A stretch of 64,000 nucleotides of DNA. Origin: Ignavibacteriota bacterium (GTDB taxonomy: Bacteria; Bacteroidota; Ignavibacteria; UBA10030). A model generated the notes under the pieces. That model was not told the origin of the DNA and made no database searches. It was given only the letters and a program-made list of their open reading frames with translations. Location of the stretch: NCBI GenBank assembly GCA_963701295.1, contig OY969585.1:416001-480000 (forward strand), in the 5' to 3' direction. Position numbers and translations under genes: made by a program. Of the stretch, positions 8,752 to 19,174 are shown piece by piece (within the stretch, counting starts at the first letter, position 1; every line of letters starts with the position of its first letter).

Positions 8752-10257
8752 TTAACGAATACCGAACATTTGCACTGATGCATTTGCTAATTCTACTAAT
8801 GGACCAAAGTATAGCCCAAACAAGAGTGTCGGAATAACAAGAGCCATGAGAAGAATCGCTTCTGGACGTTGTAACGTGATCGAATTAGTTTGTCCTTCTG
8901 GATCGCGGAGGAACATATAGCGAAGAACTCGGGCATAGTAATAGAGAGAGATTACACTATTCAAAGCGCCTACAACGGCAAGCCAAATCCATTTTGCTTC
9001 CAGCAACGCAGCAAAGAGATACAATTTCCCGATGAAGCCGGCGGTAGGAGGTAAACCTGTCAGTGAAACAAGGAATATTGCCATTGCCACACCGACGAGC
9101 GGAGCTCGATACCCAAGTCCTCTGTATGTACTAATGTCTTCGCTTCCCGTTTTGTTGGCGACCAGCATGACCACAAAGAACGCTCCGAGATTCATAAAGA
9201 GGTACATCATAAAATAAATGAGTACTGCAGCAATACCTTGGTCACTCAAAACAACAACACCCATTAGCATATATCCGGCATGTGCGATGCTGGAATATGC
9301 AAGGAGCCTTTTGAGATTATCCTGCCAAACGGCAACAAGATTGCCGAGTGTCATAGTCAATACAGAAAGGATTGCCAGTAATTTATTCCATTCAAATCCA
9401 TAAAGCGAAGTCCACATACCGGCAGGTACATCCAAGATTGTTGTATCGATGAAGATGACTTTAAAGAACCGTATCATCATTGCAAAACCGGCTGCCTTCG
9501 ATGCAACGGAAAGAAAAGCAGTAATGGTAATAGGTGCGCCTTCGTACACATCCGGAGTCCAGAAGTGGAATGGTACCGCAGAAATCTTATATCCAAATCC
9601 AACAACAATAAAGATTGTCGCTATCAGCAATGCAAAATAATTCGGTGCATTTACTGTTAGCGAGTGATTGATACCAGCATAATCCATTGCTCCGGTTAAG
9701 CCAAAGAGAATAGAGATGCCATATAACATAACACCGGAAGAGACCGCACCATAAATAATGTATTTTAATGACGCTTCACTTGAATCGGATGCTTCCTTCG
9801 TATATCCTGCCAATATATAGGATGAAAGACTCGTCAATTCCATGGCAAGCACCATCATCAAAACATTCGTAGCGCCAGCCATCAGGAACATACCGAGTGT
9901 CATCGCAACAAGCAAAGAATAGTATTCTGCCATTCTTTTCACTGTTGTTTGAACTTCAGATGAATAGAGGGAGAACAAGAAAATGGTCAGCGCGCAAATC
10001 GCTGCAAGAGATTTGAAGAATACGGCAAACGGGTCGACTGCTATCATACCGGAGAAAATTTGCTGCGAGACTCCCACCTGCTTGACAGCAAAGAACAATG
10101 CCGCTCCAACGCCACTGAACACAAGCCAAGCAACGACCTTAGGAGTTTTTCTGAAAATTAATCCAGCCAGTATTGCCAGGCAGAAGGTTATAACCAATAT
10201 CGATTCCGGCAGGAAGCATGTCAAGTTTTGTTGGACGTGTTGAATGAATATATTCAT
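8752..10257 (-). CDS. nuoN: NADH-quinone oxidoreductase subunit N
   Basis: EASLKY, GYKISAVPFHFWTPDVYEGAP, KRLLAYSSIAHAGY. Confidence 0.97.
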   Translation of the reverse strand: MNIFIQHVQQNLTCFLPESILVITFCLAILAGLIFRKTPKVVAWLVFSGVGAALFFAVKQVGVSQQIFSGMIAVDPFAVFFKSLAAICALTIFLFSLYSSEVQTTVKRMAEYYSLLVAMTLGMFLMAGATNVLMMVLAMELTSLSSYILAGYTKEASDSSEASLKYIIYGAVSSGVMLYGISILFGLTGAMDYAGINHSLTVNAPNYFALLIATIFIVVGFGYKISAVPFHFWTPDVYEGAPITITAFLSVASKAAGFAMMIRFFKVIFIDTTILDVPAGMWTSLYGFEWNKLLAILSVLTMTLGNLVAVWQDNLKRLLAYSSIAHAGYMLMGVVVLSDQGIAAVLIYFMMYLFMNLGAFFVVMLVANKTGSEDISTYRGLGYRAPLVGVAMAIFLVSLTGLPPTAGFIGKLYLFAALLEAKWIWLAVVGALNSVISLYYYARVLRYMFLRDPEGQTNSITLQRPEAILLMALVIPTLLFGLYFGPLVELANASVQMFGIR

Positions 10258-10283
10258 TGTTCATTTCTAATCTGTAAATTCTA

Positions 10284-11894
10284 TTATCGAAGCAATGTGG
10301 CAGCCGAGCCATTCTGCGCAATAAGATTTACCAAATGATTCACCGATGATGTCATAACATTCAGCATAAATGACGGATAAATACCAAGCACAAGAATAAT
10401 AATCGCTAACAGCACAAGCATAAAAATCTCTCGTGCATCAACATCCGGCAATATACCCCACTTCTCGTTCACCTTGCCAAGGAACACACGCTGGAGCGTC
10501 CACAGCATATATGCAGCCGTCAGCACGATGCCAAGCGTCGATGCAATCGTGATGATGCGAAGCTTATCGACCTGAAATGCTCCCAAGAACGAAAACGCTT
10601 CGGAAATAAATCCGCTCAAGCCCGGCAAACCAAGTGCTGCAAAGAATGCAACAGTTACGATGCCCGTATATTTAGGCATCGTCAATGCTAAACCGCCAAA
10701 GGCGTCGAGGTCGCGCGTGTGTGTACGGTCGTAAATCACACCGACGATCAAGAAGAGCATTGCTGTGATTGTGCCGTGATTGAACATCTGGAACACCGCG
10801 CCCATCATACCTTGCGTATTCAACGCTGTCATACCGAGCAGAACAATTCCCATATGACTTATGCTTGAATAAGCTATGAGTTTCTTGAAATCCTTTTGCG
10901 CCATTGCGCACAATGCACCATAGACAATATTGATGAATGCAAGGATTGCCAATGCGAATGCATACTTCTGTGCCATCTCCGGAAAGATCGGAAAGCTGAT
11001 GCGAATTAGTCCATACGTTCCCATTTTTAATAGAACTCCGGCAAGAATAACACTGATAGCAGTTGGAGCTTCAACGTGCGCATCGGGCAGCCATGTGTGG
11101 AACGGAAAGATAGGGACTTTGATAGCAAAGCCGATAAAGAGCGCTAAATAGGCAAATGCGCGCATTTGAGTTCCGAATCCGGCAAGCAGAGAATCCGGTT
11201 GAAAGTTTATAGGATTCATCATTGCGAGCATATTAAACGTGTGAATCTTCTCGCCTGTCACCGGATCAGCAATCGTAACACTGAAATACAGTGCAATCAT
11301 CGCAAGCAGCATCAGCACACTGCCGGCAAGAGTATAGAGAAAGAACTTGATAGCGGCATATTCGCGACGCGGTCCGCCCCAAATACCAATGAGAAAATAC
11401 ATCGGCAACAACATCAGTTCCCAGAATACATAGAAGAGGAAGAAGTCGAGCGACACAAATACACCCATCATACCTGTATCGAGCAACAGCAGCATTACCA
11501 TATATCCTTTAAGCGCTTTATCAATCTTCCATGATGCGAAGACAGCGATGAAACTGATAAGTGCTGTCAGGATTACCATCGGCACACTTATGCCGTCAAC
11601 ACCAAGAAAATATTCAATCTGCAAACGACCAAACCACGAGACACTCTGAACGTCGATCCATTTTGCTTTCTCGACAAACTGCATCCCCTCTTGCGTGTTG
11701 ATGCCGCTCAAATTGTAATTGAAGTTCAAATAAATCGACACTGCAATCACGACTTGAAGAAATGTAATGCCGACCGCCGTCCATTTCATCGCGCTGCGTG
11801 CTTCCTTGGGAATCAAGAGAACAATTATCATGCCGATCACTGGCAAGAACGTAATCCAGCTTAACCATCCGATACCAAATAATTGAAATGCCAT
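10284..11894 (-). CDS. nuoM: NADH-quinone oxidoreductase subunit M
   Basis: LGVDGIS, FWELMLLPMYFLIGIWG, KVPIFPFHTWLPDAHVEAP. Confidence 0.97.
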   Translation of the reverse strand: MAFQLFGIGWLSWITFLPVIGMIIVLLIPKEARSAMKWTAVGITFLQVVIAVSIYLNFNYNLSGINTQEGMQFVEKAKWIDVQSVSWFGRLQIEYFLGVDGISVPMVILTALISFIAVFASWKIDKALKGYMVMLLLLDTGMMGVFVSLDFFLFYVFWELMLLPMYFLIGIWGGPRREYAAIKFFLYTLAGSVLMLLAMIALYFSVTIADPVTGEKIHTFNMLAMMNPINFQPDSLLAGFGTQMRAFAYLALFIGFAIKVPIFPFHTWLPDAHVEAPTAISVILAGVLLKMGTYGLIRISFPIFPEMAQKYAFALAILAFINIVYGALCAMAQKDFKKLIAYSSISHMGIVLLGMTALNTQGMMGAVFQMFNHGTITAMLFLIVGVIYDRTHTRDLDAFGGLALTMPKYTGIVTVAFFAALGLPGLSGFISEAFSFLGAFQVDKLRIITIASTLGIVLTAAYMLWTLQRVFLGKVNEKWGILPDVDAREIFMLVLLAIIILVLGIYPSFMLNVMTSSVNHLVNLIAQNGSAATLLR

Positions 11895-12006
11895 CGTCTC
11901 AACTCCTATAAAAACTTATTCTTCAATCACATATTTTGGATCTGAATTCCATCACAACAGAAGCAAAGCCTTCATTCCACAAAGTTAGATTCAGGAAGAT
12001 TTTCTG

Positions 12007-14274
12007 TCACCTGAACCACAAGAAAAAAACCATCACACCGAACAACACAAACGCTAAATAGGTTTGTACTTTCCCCGTCTGTAGTTTCCTCATTAACAAC
12101 CCAAGAAAACCTCCAAGGTATGCAATAAGATTTACCATTCCGTCAACAATTTTATTATCGAATCCACCAATACCGACATAGAAGAGGAAAAATGTCAAAG
12201 CCGAAACGCCTAAACCAAGCAAACCACATTCGATTTTTGCAACGATTCCTGCACCCTGTATTAACAATCCTATGGTAACTTGCCAGCCGATAAACAATGA
12301 CAGCATTGCAAACACAGTTAAATAGAAGATAGACCCCGCCCTGCCTTCTTCCCATGTATGCTTCACGCCATACGTTATGCCAATAGTCCACTTTGCCACA
12401 CCATTCACAAAACCGTCTATGATGACATTGTCGAACCAGCGGTATGCCGCTGCGAGAGTATCGGTTCCCTTTACAAATATTACCTGATACAGCTCATCGA
12501 AGTACCATTTGTTTAAGAAAAATTTATAGAGCCATTTCAAAACTGGTGCATTTGCAACCACATCAGCATTGATTTTCTTCCAGTAGTACGTTGAAAATGC
12601 AACATAGATACCGATACCGGCGACTATGAGCGATAGTAACATTGCCCAAGTGTGAACGTGATGAAGCGTTGCTTCAAATGTTTCATTGTTTGCTGCCGCA
12701 ACTGGAAACGGCACGACAGATTCAGGACGCTCGATGGCATGAAAGAACCAGCCAGACGCCGCACCAATCGGGTTCCAACTGTAAAATGCGAAGAATGACA
12801 ATACAGCAAATACAATCAATGGAATCGTCATCACTTTCGGAGATTCAAGAATTGCATTGAAGCGATGATGATCTTTATGCTCACCGAGGAACGTGAGAAT
12901 TACCAAACGAAACATATAAAACGCAGTCAATCCGGCGACGAAAAATCCGATAATAGGAATAATCCAGTGGCCTGTCAACTCTCCATATGCAAGCGTACCT
13001 GCAAGAATTTCGTCTTTGCTTAAGAAACCTGAAGTGAATGGCACGCCAGAAATAGCCAGCGTGTATATTAAAAACGTCCAGAATGTGATTGGCATCTTTG
13101 TTCGCAGTCCACCCATATTACGGATGTCCTGGGCGTCGGTTTGGTGGTCGCTCACGTGATGCAAAGCATTATGCATTGCGTAAATGACGGAACCGGAACC
13201 GAGGAAGAGCCCGGCTTTGAACATTGCATGCGTCGTAAGATGAAAGAATCCAGCAGTATATGCACCAACACCAAGTCCCATCACCATATACCCAAGCTGA
13301 CTCACTGTTGAGTATGCCAGTACTTTCTTAATATCGTTCTGTGCAATTGCGATCGTCGCAGAAATAAAAGCGGTAATTGCACCGATGTATACAATGAACA
13401 TCAATGCATTGGATGTCATCATCGCGAATGTACGCGTTACTAAATAGACGCCGGCAGCTACCATCGTTGCGGCATGGATCAACGCGCTGACAGGTGTTGG
13501 GCCTTCCATTGCATCCGGCAGCCAGACATGCAGCGGAAACTGTGCCGATTTACCAATCGCTCCGCAGAAAATAAGAATTCCAGCAGCGGTCAACCAAGCT
13601 TCGCTTCCGAATGGAATAGTACCCGACTTGATCGATTCAAAAATGACATCGAAACTGAATGTGTGAAATGTTGCATAGAGAATTAAGATTCCAATAAACA
13701 TTCCGACATCACCAACACGATTGACAACAAACGCTTTCTTTCCTGCATCCGCCGCAGACTTTTTCTCAAACCAGTGTCCAATTAACAGGTATGAACTCAA
13801 TCCAACCAATTCCCACGATACATACATAAGAAAGAAATTATTGGTGAGTACGATGCCAACCATCGAGAAAGTAAAGAGTCCGAGGTAAGCGTAATAACGT
13901 CCATAACGCACATCGCCATGCATATAGCCGATAGAGAAGAGATGCACGAGTGCACTAACGATGGAAACAACAACGAGCATAATCGCTGCCACATTGTCGA
14001 TCATCAATCCAAGTTCCATCTTCAACTCGCCAACACCATTCACATTGCCAAAATTCACCCACGTAAATGTGGTTTGCAAAGTCTGATCGTGATATGCGCC
14101 GAGTTTTATAAAAAGAATTGTGAATGAAATTACGAGTGCGGCAAAGAGAATAGAGGTACCGATCCAATCGCCGGAACGCGGTATGCGCTTGTTCAAGAAA
14201 ATGAGAACAATAAAGTCCAGCAACGGCAAGAGCCAGACAACAACAGCAAGAATCAGTAAGGTTTCTTGGGACAT
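12007..14274 (-). CDS. nuoL: NADH-quinone oxidoreductase subunit L (extended C-terminus)
   Basis: SIGYM, WELVGLSSYLLIG, KSAQFPLHVWLPDAMEGPTPVSALIHAATMV, KWYFDELY, QTG. Confidence 0.97.
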   Translation of the reverse strand: MSQETLLILAVVVWLLPLLDFIVLIFLNKRIPRSGDWIGTSILFAALVISFTILFIKLGAYHDQTLQTTFTWVNFGNVNGVGELKMELGLMIDNVAAIMLVVVSIVSALVHLFSIGYMHGDVRYGRYYAYLGLFTFSMVGIVLTNNFFLMYVSWELVGLSSYLLIGHWFEKKSAADAGKKAFVVNRVGDVGMFIGILILYATFHTFSFDVIFESIKSGTIPFGSEAWLTAAGILIFCGAIGKSAQFPLHVWLPDAMEGPTPVSALIHAATMVAAGVYLVTRTFAMMTSNALMFIVYIGAITAFISATIAIAQNDIKKVLAYSTVSQLGYMVMGLGVGAYTAGFFHLTTHAMFKAGLFLGSGSVIYAMHNALHHVSDHQTDAQDIRNMGGLRTKMPITFWTFLIYTLAISGVPFTSGFLSKDEILAGTLAYGELTGHWIIPIIGFFVAGLTAFYMFRLVILTFLGEHKDHHRFNAILESPKVMTIPLIVFAVLSFFAFYSWNPIGAASGWFFHAIERPESVVPFPVAAANNETFEATLHHVHTWAMLLSLIVAGIGIYVAFSTYYWKKINADVVANAPVLKWLYKFFLNKWYFDELYQVIFVKGTDTLAAAYRWFDNVIIDGFVNGVAKWTIGITYGVKHTWEEGRAGSIFYLTVFAMLSLFIGWQVTIGLLIQGAGIVAKIECGLLGLGVSALTFFLFYVGIGGFDNKIVDGMVNLIAYLGGFLGLLMRKLQTGKVQTYLAFVLFGVMVFFLWFR

Positions 14275-14319
14275 AATTCTAATTTTCGATGTACGATTGC
14301 CGATTGTTGATCGGCATAG

Positions 14320-14652
14320 CTAATCTTTCAATTGATTGATTTCATCTACATTCACGGTGTTGAAATTCTTATAGATATTCAACACTATGGCAAGAGCAAT
14401 AGCCGCTTCAGCTGCTGCAAGAATGATCACAAACACTGCAACGACATGTCCATCAAGTGTTGTGGTCACGTAACGCGAAAATGCGACAAAATTGATGTTG
14501 GCGGCATTGAGCACTAATTCAATTCCCATTAACACCATAATAGCATTGCGCCGCGTTAAGATGGCGAACAGTCCCAGTGAAAAGAGTAATCCACTGAGAA
14601 TCAGGAAGTGCATCAATCCGGGATGCTGAAGCCAAATGATAAATTCTTGCAT
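14320..14652 (-). CDS. nuoK: NADH-quinone oxidoreductase subunit K
   Basis: RRNAIMVLMGIELVLNA, AAAEAAIALAI. Confidence 0.96.
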   Translation of the reverse strand: MQEFIIWLQHPGLMHFLILSGLLFSLGLFAILTRRNAIMVLMGIELVLNAANINFVAFSRYVTTTLDGHVVAVFVIILAAAEAAIALAIVLNIYKNFNTVNVDEINQLKD

Positions 14653-14664
14653 AATTAAAAGCCT

Positions 14665-15177
14665 CTATGAATCCTTTGCTTTTTTTTCTCGTCGTGCTAT
14701 CATTACTGCACCGATAAGCGCCACAAGCAACACAACCGAAGCAATTTCAAACGGTAATAAGTACTTCGTAAGCAGCAATTCACCGATCTGTGGAGCCGTC
14801 TTATCCATTATCTGCAATTGCGAACTCACATTCCAATCAGTTGACCAGAAGATACCAATGAGTGTTCCGGCCAGCGCCGCAATAATCATAACTGCCGGCA
14901 ACACTTGCACTGTTCCTGTCTTTGTATCTACGTGAATCTGGTGGCTCGTAAGCATCACACCAAAGAGAATTAAAACTAATATGCCACCTACATAGATAAG
15001 TAATTGTGTGATGGCAATAAAATCGGCAAGGAGGAACACATAAATTCCAGCTACTCCAAAAAAGGCAAATAACAAAGCGAATGCCGCACGCACGATGTTT
15101 CGCGAAAACACAACGACACATGCTGCACCCAGCGTAATTATTGCAAAGATATAAAAGACTATTGTATAGAGATCCAT
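14665..15177 (-). CDS. nuoJ: NADH-quinone oxidoreductase subunit J
   Basis: ADFIAITQLLIYVGGILVLILFGVML, YLLPFEIASVVLL; ATG at 15177 preferred over TTG at 15186. Confidence 0.95.
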   Translation of the reverse strand: MDLYTIVFYIFAIITLGAACVVVFSRNIVRAAFALLFAFFGVAGIYVFLLADFIAITQLLIYVGGILVLILFGVMLTSHQIHVDTKTGTVQVLPAVMIIAALAGTLIGIFWSTDWNVSSQLQIMDKTAPQIGELLLTKYLLPFEIASVVLLVALIGAVMIARREKKAKDS

Positions 15178-15200
15178 TGAAAGCAAGTTAAAAGTAAAAG

Positions 15201-15812
15201 TTAATAGAACGTACCGTTTGCCGGTGGTTCCGGTTTCGGCGGTGGCTGTGTCATTGGAGCTGCAGCTTTCGCCGCTGCAGCGGCTGAGATCGCTGCTTTC
15301 TTTGCGGATTGCTCCTCATCGTATTTCTTTAATCGTTCTTTTGCACCAGTAATTTCTTCCGCCGTCATGTTGCTAAAACTGTAAATCAAGTTTTTTCTGT
15401 CGTATTCTGAAAATTCGTACACATCTGTCATCACAATGCACTCGGTTGGACATGGCCACACGCACAGTCCACAGTAACAACACTTAGCAATATCAATATC
15501 AAAACGCGGAACAAAAAGGCGTTTCTTTGTATTGTTGGATGTCAATCCTAAATCAACATCCGGCGTTGATTTGATTGTATCGATAGTAATACAATCGACC
15601 GGACATGCCATGGAGCATTGATCGCAGCCGATGCAGTCGTCAATATTGACGTACAAGCGGTTGCGCGTCCGTTCGGGAATTTTCATCTTAACGGTTGGAT
15701 ATTGCACCGTCGCCGAACGCGTGAAGAGATGTTTGATTGTGATTTTCATTCCTACTACAACGGTGTAGAGGGAATGAAAGATATTATAAAAATATATTCC
15801 GATAACAGACAT
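15201..15812 (-). CDS. nuoI: NADH-quinone oxidoreductase subunit I (2x[4Fe-4S])
   Basis: TVQYP, CIGCDQCSMACP, CCYCGLCVWPCP. Confidence 0.96.
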   Translation of the reverse strand: MSVIGIYFYNIFHSLYTVVVGMKITIKHLFTRSATVQYPTVKMKIPERTRNRLYVNIDDCIGCDQCSMACPVDCITIDTIKSTPDVDLGLTSNNTKKRLFVPRFDIDIAKCCYCGLCVWPCPTECIVMTDVYEFSEYDRKNLIYSFSNMTAEEITGAKERLKKYDEEQSAKKAAISAAAAAKAAAPMTQPPPKPEPPANGTFY

Positions 15813-15847
15813 TTAATGAATTTTCAATTGATGATTTATTCTTTCTA

Positions 15848-16891
15848 TCATAGTACCAATATCAAACCGACCGCGAGAAGGCACACAAACAGCCACGGCG
15901 TTAATACTTTCCATGAGACATACATCAATTGATCTACTCGCAAACGAGGAAGTGTCCAACGCATCCAAATTTGTATAAGCACAAATATATATGCCTTCGC
16001 GACAAACCAAAAAATTCCCCATATCGGACCAGACATAAAAGTGCCAAACGGACTCGACCAGCCACCAAGGAAAAGCGATACACCCACAGCTGAAACTGTG
16101 AATAGGTTTGCGTACTCAGAAAGATAGAACATCGCAAAACGCATGCCGCTGTATTCAGTGTTAAATCCTTGCACCAACTCAGATTCAGCTTCCGGTAAAT
16201 CAAACGGTGTGCGATTCACTTCGGCAATGGAGGAAACAAACAGAATGAAGAATGTTATGATCGTAAACGGCATCAGCATGAGTTTCTGCGGCCATGGCAA
16301 CGGACCACCAAACACCACCCAATTACCAATGCCACCATCCTGAAACTTCGTGACATCTTGCATGTTGAGCGAACCGGTAATCATCACCACGATGATAATG
16401 GCAATTGCAGTCGGAATTTCGTAGCTGATCATTTGCGCTGCTGACCGAACACCGCCGAAGAGAGACCATTTGTTGTTCGATGCCCATCCAGCCATTAGAA
16501 TGCCAACGACGACAAGTGAGCCCACTGCAACCAAGAAGAACGCTCCAAGATTGATGTTGGATCCAATAAAGATGCTGCTGAACGGAAGGACTGCATATGC
16601 AGCATAGGTTCCAACAAATGCAATAATCGGCGCAAGGCGAAAAAGGAGTTTGTCTGCTTTATCCGGAATGATGTCTTCCTTTTGCAAAAGCTTCAGCATG
16701 TCAGCAATGGGCTGCAATAAGCCGTGCCAACCGGTACGCATATAGGCAACGCGATCTTGAATGTGTGCTGCGACCTTCATTTCAGTGTACAACACAACGA
16801 GCGCATACACGATAATAAAGACGAGTGGAAGCAGGCTCAAAAGTATTGAGACAACCAGTTCATTCGTAAGTAATGTCTGAATAAATTCCAT
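15848..16891 (-). CDS. nuoH: NADH-quinone oxidoreductase subunit H
   Basis: GLLQPIADMLKLLQKED, GWASNNKW, AEVNRTPFDLPEAESELVQG, RWTLPRLRVDQLM. Confidence 0.97.
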   Translation of the reverse strand: MEFIQTLLTNELVVSILLSLLPLVFIIVYALVVLYTEMKVAAHIQDRVAYMRTGWHGLLQPIADMLKLLQKEDIIPDKADKLLFRLAPIIAFVGTYAAYAVLPFSSIFIGSNINLGAFFLVAVGSLVVVGILMAGWASNNKWSLFGGVRSAAQMISYEIPTAIAIIIVVMITGSLNMQDVTKFQDGGIGNWVVFGGPLPWPQKLMLMPFTIITFFILFVSSIAEVNRTPFDLPEAESELVQGFNTEYSGMRFAMFYLSEYANLFTVSAVGVSLFLGGWSSPFGTFMSGPIWGIFWFVAKAYIFVLIQIWMRWTLPRLRVDQLMYVSWKVLTPWLFVCLLAVGLILVL

Positions 16892-16953
16892 TATCAAATC
16901 CGAAATTCTAACTTCTCAATCCTATTCATTGCTTAGGATTTATAATTTCGTTT

Positions 16954-18159
16954 TTAGCGATCCACTTCACCAAGCACAATATCGATACTTCCGGCGATGA
17001 GCACGAGATCGGCAATCATACTGCCTTTGGCAATTTTAGGTAATACGCTCAAGTTGACAAATGCTGGTCCGCGTGCTTTCACACGGAATGGGCTCGCTGT
17101 TCCATCGCTCACAATATAAAATCCAAGTTCGCCGCGCGATGATTCTGTGCGGACATAGATTTCTGCATCTTTTTCAGGGCGAATACGTCTCGGAATCGCT
17201 GCCTGCACGTTGCCTTCTGGCAATCGGGCAAGCGCCTGCTCTATAATGTTGAGACATTGTTCCATTTCGCGCATACGAACGATATGCCGGTCCCAGCAAT
17301 CACCGACCGTTCCCATTTCACCTTTACCAACCTGCGGTTCCCATTCAAGTTTATGGTAGATGGAATAAGGATCGTCGCGCCGTAAATCCCAATTGACACC
17401 AGAGCCGCGAAGCTGCGGCCCGCTGACTGCGTAATTGATGGCGACATCTTTTGGCAATACGCCAACGTTCGCAGTCCGTTTTACAAAAATTTCATTATAC
17501 GACAGCAAGTCGTTCAGCATCTTGAGGCGCGGACGGAAATATTTCACAAAATCTTTCGTTTGCTCGACAAATTTTTGTGGCAGATCATGTGAAAGTCCGC
17601 CGATCCAGATATAATTATACAGTAATCGTGCACCGCACGTCATCTCGAATAAGTCGAGAATTTTTTCACGATCGATAAAAGTATAGAGGAACGGCGTGAA
17701 CGCACCGGAGTCGATGCCGTAGGTTCCGACAGCAATCAAGTGGCTGGCGATTCGTTGCAGCTCTGCCATGATCACGCGGATGTATTCTACGCGCTCCGGA
17801 ACTTGTATCTTCAGCATACGCTCGGCCGCAAGAGCAAACGCCCACTCATTTGTCATTGCCGAGCAATAGTCCATTCGGTCTGCATACGGAATCACCTGTT
17901 GATAATTCGTCATATGCTCACAATGTTTTTCAAAACAACGATGCAGGTAGCCAATATGGGGAATGCAATCGACGATAATCTCACCATCAACAACAATCTC
18001 AAGTCGCAGCACACCATGGGTCGATGGATGCTGCGGGCCCATGTTGATAATCATCTCTTCCGTACGTATAGTTTTGCCTGTCGATGTCTTAATATGACCT
18101 TGTTTCACAGTATAATTCGTAGGAAGTGTTGGAGGCTGCAACATAGTCTGGTCAATCAT
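16954..18159 (-). CDS. nuoD: NADH-quinone oxidoreductase subunit D
   Basis: NMGPQHPSTHGVLRL, GYLHR, DRMDY, RGELG, DIVLGEVDR. Confidence 0.98.
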   Translation of the reverse strand: MIDQTMLQPPTLPTNYTVKQGHIKTSTGKTIRTEEMIINMGPQHPSTHGVLRLEIVVDGEIIVDCIPHIGYLHRCFEKHCEHMTNYQQVIPYADRMDYCSAMTNEWAFALAAERMLKIQVPERVEYIRVIMAELQRIASHLIAVGTYGIDSGAFTPFLYTFIDREKILDLFEMTCGARLLYNYIWIGGLSHDLPQKFVEQTKDFVKYFRPRLKMLNDLLSYNEIFVKRTANVGVLPKDVAINYAVSGPQLRGSGVNWDLRRDDPYSIYHKLEWEPQVGKGEMGTVGDCWDRHIVRMREMEQCLNIIEQALARLPEGNVQAAIPRRIRPEKDAEIYVRTESSRGELGFYIVSDGTASPFRVKARGPAFVNLSVLPKIAKGSMIADLVLIAGSIDIVLGEVDR

Positions 18160-18165
18160 TCGACA

Positions 18166-18672
18166 TCAATAAGGAACCTTCATCCCGTGATAGAATTCCT
18201 GAACCTTATAATCTTTGCGAAGTGGATGGCCTTCCCAATCGTCCGGCAAAAGAAGACGACGCAGATCGGGATGTTCATCGAAAATGATACCATAGAGATC
18301 GAAAGCTTCGCGCTCGTGCCAGTTGGCGGTTCCCCACACAGCACTGACAGATTGAATGTGCGGATTGTCTTTTGTGCAAAAGGCTTTGAGAATAATCTTG
18401 TGTTTGTGGATGATGGAAGCAAGATGATACACGACACCGAAGGTTCCGTTGTTGTAATCCATTCCGCTTAAACACGAGAGATAATCGAATTGCATTGCGC
18501 TATTATCACGGAGGAAAAAACAAATTTCTTTCGCCTTGTCAGGTGCAATATGGATCCACAGCTGCATCGCATATCCAACGGAGGCAGATCCGCCTGCGGT
18601 GGAAATCGTTGTCTCGGTGAGTGCATCCCCAAATTTTGCCTTTAGAATACCAAATATTTCTTGAGCTGTCAT
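18166..18672 (-). CDS. nuoC: NADH-quinone oxidoreductase subunit C (with in-frame palindrome)
   Basis: ANWHEREAFDLYGI, HPDLRRLLLPDDWEGHPLRKDY. Confidence 0.96.
   Translation of the reverse strand: MTAQEIFGILKAKFGDALTETTISTAGGSASVGYAMQLWIHIAPDKAKEICFFLRDNSAMQFDYLSCLSGMDYNNGTFGVVYHLASIIHKHKIILKAFCTKDNPHIQSVSAVWGTANWHEREAFDLYGIIFDEHPDLRRLLLPDDWEGHPLRKDYKVQEFYHGMKVPY
18574..18603. repeat. 30 bp palindromic element inside nuoC
   Basis: TCCAACGGAGGCAGATCCGCCTGCGGTGGA = two degenerate TCCGCC-N3-GGCGGA units; 12 of 15 pairs self-complementary; reads STAGGSASVG in the nuoC frame. Confidence 0.7.
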
Positions 18673-18676
18673 ACTC

Positions 18677-19168
18677 TTATGCTCGTTTCTTTACTAAACT
18701 CTCTTTACGTACTTTTTCCTGAAGCTTCATTATTCCCTCTAGCAAAGCTTCTGGGCGGGGCGGACAGCCGGGAATATACACATCCACCGGAATAACGCGA
18801 TCAACACCTTTAAGAACATGATATCCGTGTTCCCAATATGGTCCACCACACGTCGCGCAGCTTCCCATCGAAATCACGTATCGCGGCTCAGACATTTGAT
18901 CATAGAGCCGTTTGATTCTGGAAGCCATTTTAATCGTAACGGTTCCGGCAACAAACATCACATCTACCTGCCGGGGAGTTGCACGCGGAATAACGCCAAA
19001 GCGCATAATATCGAAGTTGGATGCCGATGCAGCCATCATTTCAATTGCGCAGCATGCAAGCCCAAATTGCATCTGCCAGAGTGATGAGAGACGTGCCCAA
19101 TTCAGGAGACCGTCAAGAGAAGTAATAAAGACATTACCGTTTTCAAATCGCTGATCAAGAAGTCCCAC
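18677..19168 (-). CDS. nuoB: NADH-quinone oxidoreductase subunit B
   Basis: [31 protein letters not shown]; GTG start. Confidence 0.98.
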   Translation of the reverse strand: MGLLDQRFENGNVFITSLDGLLNWARLSSLWQMQFGLACCAIEMMAASASNFDIMRFGVIPRATPRQVDVMFVAGTVTIKMASRIKRLYDQMSEPRYVISMGSCATCGGPYWEHGYHVLKGVDRVIPVDVYIPGCPPRPEALLEGIMKLQEKVRKESLVKKRA

Positions 19169-19174
19169 TGGTTT

